The notes under the pieces: generated by a model
What the model was told of the DNA's origin: nothing
Databases searched by the model: none
Seen by the model: only the letters and a program-made list of their open reading frames with translations
From: an uncultured Desulfobacteraceae bacterium
Lineage (GTDB): Bacteria; Desulfobacterota; Desulfobacteria; Desulfobacterales; Desulfobacteraceae
Direction of reading: 5' to 3'
Length of the DNA stretch: 27,706 nucleotides
NCBI GenBank assembly: GCA_964021475.1
Contig: CAXHYW010000001.1
Span: forward strand, 1-27,706
Part shown: positions 16,419 to 23,437 of the stretch, piece after piece
Position numbering within the stretch: position 1 is the first letter of the stretch
How the letters are laid out: every line of letters starts with the position of its first letter
Translations under genes and position numbers: made by a program

Positions 16419-19400
16419 CTATTGGAGTAAGCTCAGTACACCCTGGGCGCTGGCATTGGCCTGGCTCATGGCAAAGGTACCGGCCTGCTGCAGTACCTGC
16501 ATCTTGGTGAAGTTGGCAGATTCTTCTGCAAAGTCAACGTCACGGATACTGGATTCTGCCGCGGACACATTTACACGGGTGGTGGAAATGTTGGCAATGG
16601 TTGAACTCAACTGATTCTGAACAGAACCCAAGTCAGCTCTGTTTTTGTCCAGATCTTTGAGGGCCGCATCCGCTACCGCAATGGCAATCTGTGCATCCTC
16701 CTGGGTGAGAACACTCAGGTCGGACAGCCGGTTGACTTCCGATTTGCTGGCTTCTGCCGTTGCAAAGTCACTGGAGGCATCGTTGGGAGCCAACTGGGTG
16801 CCAGCGGCCATGACAGATCCGTTCTGGAGGGTCATGTCAGAGGTCAACGTGGTGTTCGCTCCTACTTCAACAGCATCTTCCAATATGGTGCCCGCAGTAA
16901 AGAGAGTACCGTTCTGGTCGGTGATGTCGGTGGTCAGGTAGGTGTTTTCCGCAATCACACTGCCTGCCGCCAGGGTGGATCCTGAAGTCAGCAACATATC
17001 TATATCAGCGGAAACCGTCTCGTCATTGGCCAGGGTGATAACCCCCCCGATCTCTGAGCCGCTGGTGAGCACAGAACCGTTAGCCATGGTGGACCCGGCT
17101 GCCAAGGTAAAGTCTGCGGTCATGGTGATGTCTCTATCCAAGTCTATCTTCCCGCCCACCGTGGAATCCGCTCCAATGGTGAAGGCGTTGTTCACAACCA
17201 GCTTGGAGCCTGATGCGATATTGGCGTCCGACTGGAGGGTCATATTACCTTTGATGGTGATCTTGGCCGCCACATTGGAACCGTTGGCCAGGGTGGAATC
17301 ATCAATGAGCTTGGATCCTGCCTGGAGGGTCATGTCCTGATCCAGGGTAAAGTCCTGACCGGTAGTAACCTCGGCTCCGACGAAGGAACCTGTTTTCAGG
17401 GTACTGCCGCTGGCAACAATGGATCCTGCCTCGAGGGTCATATCACGGGAAAGAGTGGTGGACCCGCTGGTGCCGAATTTGGCCCCAAGGGAGGAACCTG
17501 CTTTCAGGGTACTTGAACCTTCGAGAATGGATCCGGCCTTCAGGGTCATGTCATCATCAAGGGTTTGCTGTTTATATGCAGTCGTAACATCCGCAGCAAA
17601 TGAAGACCCGTTATCAAGGGAGCTGATACCCTTGAGTTTGGATCCGGTATTCAGGATCATGTCGTTCACTAGGGTCGTTTGAGCACCACTGGCGGTTGTA
17701 ACGTCCGTACCAATGAATGAGCCTGTGGCCAACGAATTAGACCGTCCTGCTGCTGAGGTTAGCTTAGATCCGGAATTCAGGGTCATGTCGTTGGTCAGGG
17801 TAGTTTTACTACTGCTTGTTGTAACATCTGAGTCCAGATAGGATCCTGTGGCCAGTTTGCTGGAGGCTGAGTTTCCAGCACTGTCTAATATGGATCCGGC
17901 CTTCAGGGTGATATCCTCTGCAAAGGTGGTGATTGCCAGGCCTGTGGTTTTGACATCCGCACCAAAGTTAGAGCCTGCACCCAGAATAGTGGCATTAGAT
18001 GCAGTGGCACCAAGGACACTTCCAGCCTTCAGGGTGGTAATCCCGCCGGCTGTAAGGGTCTGGGCATTGGCTGTATCCGTGGTATAGTCCTGGGTCAGGG
18101 TTCCACTAACAGAGAAAGTTGTACCGGATGTAACGTTGATGTACTGACCTGCAGCCAGGGTGGTTCCGGCTTTAAGCGTGGAGCCTGAAGCAATTGTTGA
18201 GTTGTTGGTTAGAACACTGTCTTCAGTGGAGGTATGTACCCCGGATGCCAGGGTGACATTAGAGGTTACAACCGTTCCCTTGCCAATGGTGGAACCTGAT
18301 CCCATGACAGAACCGGCTTTCAGGAGGCTGTCCTGGATCGTTGCTGTGGTGGTTACACCAGATGCCAACAATACATCCCCACCAACCACTGAATTGGCAG
18401 CAATGACCGAACCTGATCCTATTGTGGACGTGGCTTTTAAAAGGCTGTTTCCCACAGTGGTGGAGGTTGATCCTTCTTGTAGTATGGTGGTCCCGCCCAC
18501 GATTGAACCTGCTGCAATGGTGGAACCTGATCCGAGAATAGATCCGGCTTTCAGAGAACTATCTCCTGTGGTTGAGCTGGTTGCACCGGATTTTAGTTCA
18601 ATATCTCCTCCAACAACGGAACCGGCTGCGATTTTGGAGCCTGAAGCGATGATGGATTTAGAGGTGAGGGTGCTGTCCCCCACGGTCTGGCTGGTTGCAA
18701 TACCTGAATTGGTGATAAAATCACCCCCCAGTGTGGTGTTGGCTGCCACAGTGGTGTTGGCCTTGAGGATTGAATCCTCCTTGAGCAGGCTTTCTCCCAC
18801 GGTTTGGGTGGTATTGATGCCAGATGCCATGATCACATCCCCGCCCAATACGGTATTGGCGGCAATCTCTGTTGCGCTCTTCAGGATTGAGCCCTCTGCA
18901 ATGAGGCTTTCTCCGGTGGTGGAAGAGGTGTCCTGAACCTGGACCGTGTCTGTAATGTCAGACCCGCTTGCCAGTTCAGAGGTGGCGATGAGCACGGAGC
19001 CTGTGGCAAAGGTGGAGTTCTGGCTGGTGATGATGTTTGAGTTGCTGATATCATCTCCGGTCATGGCCTGACCAGTGGTCCAGCCTGCAGACAGAGCTGA
19101 CTTGTCAGCGAGAACAGAGCCTGTTTTCAGGTTGGATTCCATGGTGGTCTCACCTGACGCTCCCTTGGTTTCCAGATCGCTGGTCAAGGCGATGGCTGAA
19201 CCGCCGCCAACGTTGTTGACCACAATTTCACTGGAGCCGGTCTGGTTGAGTGTGACAAAGCCCACGGTGGTGAGTTCGTCATCGCTTTGCATCCGAAGAA
19301 CTGCTTTGGTGGCATCTCCACCTGTTAGGTCGTTTGCAGTTGCGCCGGTTTCTACCTTGATGGCCCTGTTGTCCGAGGAGGTCAGGGTCAAAATACCCGA

Positions 19401-20297
19401 TGCGTTCACCGAGGCCACAACGCCGTGACCGGAGGTCTTAGAGTTGATGGCTTTAACCAGGGAGCCGCTGGAATCGTTTGTCTGTACCTCAATGGCACCA
19501 ATGGTTTCTCCGTTGATGCTGAAACCCTTGTCTGTTGTACCGGCCGCAATATTCAAAGCGGTCTCACTTCTCACGGTTGCAGAGGCAGAGATCCCTAAGC
19601 TGTCACTGAGAAGATTTATGGCGTCGGCCACGGCACCCATGCTGTGTTCCCTGTCGATGGAGCCTTCGGTCAGGGACACATCCACGGACTTGATGTTGAA
19701 ATTCTTGTTCTGAAGATTACTGAAAATACTTAAGTCCACAGTACCGGCCTGACCGTTCTGGAGGGTCAGCTGGGTTGTGGTGGTGTGACCGATCTTGGTG
19801 GATTCCGAGCTTGCAATGGAAATTCCTACGGTCTCTCCTGAATAGGCGCCAATCTGAAATTGTTTGTTGGTGAATGCACCGGAAAGGAGCTTCTGATTAT
19901 TAAAAGATGTGGTCTTGGCAATGATGTCCAATTCTTCCATCAGTTTGTTGATATCAGCCTGGATGGCAGATCTTGATTCAGTGGTTTGACCGTCCTGTGC
20001 TGCCTGGATACTTTTGGTTTTGATTGTGTTGATGATGTTGATGGATTCGTCTAGGGCCGCATCAGCGGTCTGTACAATATTGATACCGTCATTGGCATTT
20101 TTGATAGCCTGTCCAAGACCATTGGCCTGGGATCTAAGTGAATCGGCAATGGACATGCCCGATGCATCGTCGGCAGCCTTGTTGATTCTTAAGCCGGATG
20201 ACAGTCTTTCAAGGGAGCTTGAAAGGGCGTTGTCATTTTTGATCATGTTTTTGTGTGCGTTCAGAGATGCGACGTTGGTATTGATTCGAAGTGCCAT
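16419..20297 (-). CDS. fliC: Giant major flagellin (1292 aa)
   Basis: Canonical start MALRINTNVASLNA...RLSSGLRINKAADDASG and canonical end RDVDFAEESANFTKMQVLQQAGTFAMSQANASAQGVLSLLQ. The start is the ATG at 20297 (GGAGG RBS), not the GTG at 20399. It has its own sigma28 promoter and terminator. Confidence 0.98.
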   Translation of the reverse strand: MALRINTNVASLNAHKNMIKNDNALSSSLERLSSGLRINKAADDASGMSIADSLRSQANGLGQAIKNANDGINIVQTADAALDESINIINTIKTKSIQAAQDGQTTESRSAIQADINKLMEELDIIAKTTSFNNQKLLSGAFTNKQFQIGAYSGETVGISIASSESTKIGHTTTTQLTLQNGQAGTVDLSIFSNLQNKNFNIKSVDVSLTEGSIDREHSMGAVADAINLLSDSLGISASATVRSETALNIAAGTTDKGFSINGETIGAIEVQTNDSSGSLVKAINSKTSGHGVVASVNASGILTLTSSDNRAIKVETGATANDLTGGDATKAVLRMQSDDELTTVGFVTLNQTGSSEIVVNNVGGGSAIALTSDLETKGASGETTMESNLKTGSVLADKSALSAGWTTGQAMTGDDISNSNIITSQNSTFATGSVLIATSELASGSDITDTVQVQDTSSTTGESLIAEGSILKSATEIAANTVLGGDVIMASGINTTQTVGESLLKEDSILKANTTVAANTTLGGDFITNSGIATSQTVGDSTLTSKSIIASGSKIAAGSVVGGDIELKSGATSSTTGDSSLKAGSILGSGSTIAAGSIVGGTTILQEGSTSTTVGNSLLKATSTIGSGSVIAANSVVGGDVLLASGVTTTATIQDSLLKAGSVMGSGSTIGKGTVVTSNVTLASGVHTSTEDSVLTNNSTIASGSTLKAGTTLAAGQYINVTSGTTFSVSGTLTQDYTTDTANAQTLTAGGITTLKAGSVLGATASNATILGAGSNFGADVKTTGLAITTFAEDITLKAGSILDSAGNSASSKLATGSYLDSDVTTSSSKTTLTNDMTLNSGSKLTSAAGRSNSLATGSFIGTDVTTASGAQTTLVNDMILNTGSKLKGISSLDNGSSFAADVTTAYKQQTLDDDMTLKAGSILEGSSTLKAGSSLGAKFGTSGSTTLSRDMTLEAGSIVASGSTLKTGSFVGAEVTTGQDFTLDQDMTLQAGSKLIDDSTLANGSNVAAKITIKGNMTLQSDANIASGSKLVVNNAFTIGADSTVGGKIDLDRDITMTADFTLAAGSTMANGSVLTSGSEIGGVITLANDETVSADIDMLLTSGSTLAAGSVIAENTYLTTDITDQNGTLFTAGTILEDAVEVGANTTLTSDMTLQNGSVMAAGTQLAPNDASSDFATAEASKSEVNRLSDLSVLTQEDAQIAIAVADAALKDLDKNRADLGSVQNQLSSTIANISTTRVNVSAAESSIRDVDFAEESANFTKMQVLQQAGTFAMSQANASAQGVLSLLQ
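16782..19142 (-). repeat. ~36-42 aa hexad repeats in the major flagellin (~787 aa region, about 18-20 units)
   Basis: Examples: ESLLKEDSILKANTTVAANTTLGGDFITNSGIATSQTVG (39 aa), DSSLKAGSILGSGSTIAAGSIVGGTTILQEGSTSTTVG (38 aa), RDMTLEAGSIVASGSTLKTGSFVGAEVTTGQDFTLD (36 aa). Confidence 0.9.
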
Positions 20298-20303
20298 GTT
20301 TGT

Positions 20304-20341
20304 TCCTCCATGTTGTGTTGTTCCCGGGAATCCTTTCCCGG
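20304..20341 (-). promoter_or_regulatory. CsrA-type binding sites in the fliC leader
   Basis: Hairpin CCGGGAA-AGGA-UUCCCGG (20341-20324) has GGA in the loop. A second site, AUGGAGGA (20311-20304), overlaps the Shine-Dalgarno. This is the arrangement known for B. subtilis hag. Confidence 0.75.
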
Positions 20342-20390
20342 ACATTTTGCATAAAAAAAAGTTAGTTTGTAGCGTTAGCTCAGGGGCTAC

Positions 20391-20412
20391 CAGGATCACC
20401 TCCTTTGTCCTG
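20391..20412 (-). promoter_or_regulatory. Leader hairpin containing a 14-nt perfect complement of the 16S rRNA 3' end (orphan extended SD)
   Basis: The mRNA reads CAGGA-CAAAGGAGGUGA-UCCUG. AAAGGAGGUGAUCC (20406-20393) is the reverse complement of the 16S terminus GGAUCACCUCCUUU. Confidence 0.6.
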
Positions 20413-20433
20413 AATTTCTAACACTAAAACTAA

Positions 20434-20460
20434 GTATCGGATCTATTTCAAAATTCTTTA
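20434..20460 (-). promoter_or_regulatory. sigma28 (FliA) promoter of the major flagellin
   Basis: TAAA-GAATTTTGAAATAGA(15)-TCCGATAC against the consensus TAAA-N15-GCCGATAA, with an AT-rich tract upstream. Confidence 0.85.
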
Positions 20461-20471
20461 AAAAAATAACT

Positions 20472-20498
20472 TAAGGTTGCGTTTTTTTTTCCCGACTG
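20472..20498 (+). promoter_or_regulatory. Possible divergent sigma28-like promoter for maf-rSAM, with a T9 tract in the spacer
   Basis: TAAG-N15-CCCGACTG has correct spacing and a CCGA core, but the -10 box is only 4/8. Confidence 0.3.
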
Positions 20499-20554
20499 TA
20501 ATTATAAACTCCCAAGTGAGGAGAAATGGTTATATTCAAATGGAGAACGGGTTG

Positions 20555-23437
20555 ATGGGCGTATCGGAAAAAACGGTTTATGGGAAAAATATATCCCTGT
20601 TAAAGAAAAATCATCCTTCGGCGTGGAGTGCTCTCATCATGGCGAAAGAGACGGAAAAAAAGATGTCTTCCCATGAGATAGAGTTGATTCATGCTGATAA
20701 TGACAGACCCAATCTCCTGGCGAAGGATGCACAGGGTGAAACCGTTCTGATCCATGATGAAGAAAATCCCGGCAGTGAATCTGAATCTTTTATTTCAATG
20801 TTTGAACAAGACTCCACTGGGGTTGTATTGGTGTTTGGGATGGGACTGGGCTATTTGCCCCTTGAATTGTTGAAACAGAGAAAAAAACTTCAGTATGTTT
20901 TCATTTTTGAATTGGATCCTGAATGTTTTAATATTGCCCTGGCGCATATGGATCTTACCCCCCTTTTTGATGATAAGCGGGTGATCCTTTCCATCGGATA
21001 TCCGGAAAATGTTGCCGGGTTTCTTAGACCCGCAAAACGCGCCCTGATGCTGGAAGATATCCATACCCACAAGTTTGCGCCGTTGTTTCAACTGAACGAT
21101 GCCTATGAAGATCTTGCTTCGGTCGTTTTTGATCTTGTCAGCGAGTACAATATTGAGGGTGCCACCCAATCCCTTCACGGAAAAACTTTTGTTGAGAACA
21201 GACTAAAACATCTCACCTCCATGCACCATGACAACCGGTTGGAACAACTTGCAGAAAAATATAAAGGTGTTCCGGCTTTGATCATAGCTGCCGGTCCTTC
21301 TTTGGATAAAAATATCCAGGAGATTAAAAGGGCTGTTGGTAAAGCGGTTCTTATCTGTGTGGATACGGCCCTTCCTGCGCTTTTCAATCATGGTATAACG
21401 CCCGATTTTGTAACATCAATAGATTATAATGCGCCCACTTATGAAAAGATAGCCGATCTGGCTTTGGATCCGAGGAGCCAAGGGATTAATCTCATCTGCA
21501 CCTCATGGGTGGCGACCACGGTTTCAAAAATTTTCCCAGCCAGGGATATTTTCTGGGCGTTTGGCGAGACCCCTTTTGAAAATTGGATCAACAGGTCTCT
21601 GGGCGGGACCATGAATATCGGGGGCGCCGGAACAGTGGCTCATTTGAATTTTTTATCGGCCAAAATATTGGGATGCGATCCAATTATTTTTGTGGGGCAA
21701 GACCTTGCATACTCTTACAGCAAAGAGCATGCTTCCCAGGTGGTCTTTACTGGGACCGAATCCATGGAAAAGATTTTGGAAGATGCTGTCTGGGTAAAAG
21801 GGGTTAATGAGGCGCAGGTGCCCACAACCCGTGGAATGCACAGCTACAGAATTATATTTGAGCAATGGATAGAGCAGTCAGAGATCCGGACGGTTAATGC
21901 CACCGAAGGCGGGGCATGGATAGAGGGGGCTGAACATATGTCCCTTTCCCGGGCCATTGATTTGTTTTGCAATGATGATATCAGTATGAATATTGAGACT
22001 GCTCGTAAAAGGAGGGATCCATCCAAAACTATGGTCTCCATGCTGAAAAAAGTGGAGCAGGCTGAAAAGACAATCAAAAAGGCAGAAAAGCTTGCCGATT
22101 CGGTTTTAAAGGAAGTCCGTAAACTCAAGGGGAAAAAAAGGGGATTGACCCGTTTTAATGTACTTCCCCATAAGTTCCAAAATCAGATTATCACCCTGGA
22201 TTCTTTATATAATGAATCTGATAGAAATTCATTATGGGAAATGTTTAATGAGATGACCATGGAGGGGCTCAGGCAGGATGAGAGAGATAAAAATGAGATC
22301 GAAAGGCTTGAAGATGTGCCGGAAAAATATTTGGAGTGGCTCTCCAAAAATGTAAAGCGAACCGACCGGGTCAATTTAATCAGGCGGGATAATTTGACTG
22401 ATTTGAAAAGCAAGCTCAATTTTTTGGTTTCTTTTTATGGTCAAGAAAAAAAAATATCGGGGCAGATGGAAAACGGTAGTCAGGACCTGTCCGATGTGCT
22501 GTCACTTGCAGAACTCTATTACCAAAATGGTGACTATAGGCTCCTGGATCATTTTTTGAAAAAATACACAGGGGAAGACTCTGCGGCCATTTGTTTTTAT
22601 CGGGGTGTGATTTTATTGTATCGAAGGGGGTATGGGAAATCAGATCACTATTTCAACCGGGCTTTAACCCTGGATGGGGCATATAAACAGAAAATTGATG
22701 CCAAGCGGCGGGAAATGTCTGATTATTACTATGACTGGGCCCTGACAGTTCCCTTTGATGCTCTGATTGGGCTGGAAAGCAAAACCGGTCTCCACATGCG
22801 TTTAAAGGGAATAAAATGTTTTCCTGGACATGAGCTTTTGAAAGACGGATTCAGGGAGCTTGCCAGGATGGATTTTGATAAAGTTCTGGACAACATTAAG
22901 CAGGGAGAAGGTGGGAATCTTCTCTTTATCAAAGAAACTCTGAACGCCTGGGTTGAGTTATTAATGAATGAAGATGTGATTCATCAATGCATACCAGAGG
23001 ACCTTGAAGCAGCATTCTTCCGTCATTTGGGTAAGATCTTGCTGGATGAAGGAAAGCATGACAAAGTCCTTGAAATCTATGAACGTGCTCTGGTCCTTTT
23101 ACCTGACAGGCCTGAGCTTTATGTCGCATTGACCGATCTTTGTTTTTCCATGGAAGACTTTGATAAAGGATTTGAATATCTCAAGACGGCAGTATCCTTG
23201 GATATAAACTGTGCTGTTTATTGGAACCATATTGGGGAAAACCTCCAGGCCCGAGGGGATTTCCAGGGCGCTATCATTTCATATGAGAACTATTTTACGG
23301 TTCTACCCGAAAAGATAGAGTCTTTGAAGAAAATCAGTGACTGTTATTTAAAACTGGGTAAGATTGAGGCTGCTGGTGAGGTCCAAAAGAGATTTGAGAA
23401 TTTGTTTCAGGGTAATGGGGATACTAAAAAACAATGA
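20555..23437 (+). CDS. maf: Motility-associated factor (Maf / DUF115 MptE-like) flagellin glycosyltransferase with C-terminal TPRs (960 aa)
   Basis: N-domain VLVFGMGLGY..FIFELD. DUF115 core PALIIAAGPSLDKN..LICVDTAL..GITPDFVTSID, GTVAH..A.ILGCDPIIFVGQDLAY, VNATEGGA.IEG. TPR-like helices at the C-terminus. I chose the ATG at 20555 because of a GGAGA RBS. Confidence 0.9.
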   Translation: MGVSEKTVYGKNISLLKKNHPSAWSALIMAKETEKKMSSHEIELIHADNDRPNLLAKDAQGETVLIHDEENPGSESESFISMFEQDSTGVVLVFGMGLGYLPLELLKQRKKLQYVFIFELDPECFNIALAHMDLTPLFDDKRVILSIGYPENVAGFLRPAKRALMLEDIHTHKFAPLFQLNDAYEDLASVVFDLVSEYNIEGATQSLHGKTFVENRLKHLTSMHHDNRLEQLAEKYKGVPALIIAAGPSLDKNIQEIKRAVGKAVLICVDTALPALFNHGITPDFVTSIDYNAPTYEKIADLALDPRSQGINLICTSWVATTVSKIFPARDIFWAFGETPFENWINRSLGGTMNIGGAGTVAHLNFLSAKILGCDPIIFVGQDLAYSYSKEHASQVVFTGTESMEKILEDAVWVKGVNEAQVPTTRGMHSYRIIFEQWIEQSEIRTVNATEGGAWIEGAEHMSLSRAIDLFCNDDISMNIETARKRRDPSKTMVSMLKKVEQAEKTIKKAEKLADSVLKEVRKLKGKKRGLTRFNVLPHKFQNQIITLDSLYNESDRNSLWEMFNEMTMEGLRQDERDKNEIERLEDVPEKYLEWLSKNVKRTDRVNLIRRDNLTDLKSKLNFLVSFYGQEKKISGQMENGSQDLSDVLSLAELYYQNGDYRLLDHFLKKYTGEDSAAICFYRGVILLYRRGYGKSDHYFNRALTLDGAYKQKIDAKRREMSDYYYDWALTVPFDALIGLESKTGLHMRLKGIKCFPGHELLKDGFRELARMDFDKVLDNIKQGEGGNLLFIKETLNAWVELLMNEDVIHQCIPEDLEAAFFRHLGKILLDEGKHDKVLEIYERALVLLPDRPELYVALTDLCFSMEDFDKGFEYLKTAVSLDINCAVYWNHIGENLQARGDFQGAIISYENYFTVLPEKIESLKKISDCYLKLGKIEAAGEVQKRFENLFQGNGDTKKQ

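Noticed and set aside
10028-19142. Flagellin repeats as ice-nucleation (InaZ) repeats or an active hexapeptide acyltransferase
   Set aside because: They lack the AGYGSTxTA 16-mer. No catalytic His or CoA-binding features were recognisable. Only the fold analogy is retained.
11383-19713. Many 80-260 aa antisense ORFs rich in DPA/EP/MV (e.g. 11383-12114, 12352-12909, 18160-18936)
   Set aside because: They are mirror images of the flagellin repeats (GS codons GGA TCC read as DP) and not independent genes.
20298-20399. 34-aa N-terminal extension of FliC from the GTG at 20399
   Set aside because: The GTG lies inside the SD-like element with no RBS upstream. The canonical MALRINTN start at 20297 has its own GGAGG.
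20393-20406. GGATCACCTCCTTT as a 16S rRNA gene remnant
   Set aside because: Only 14 nt match and no flanking rRNA sequence is present. I treat it as an SD-like leader element instead.
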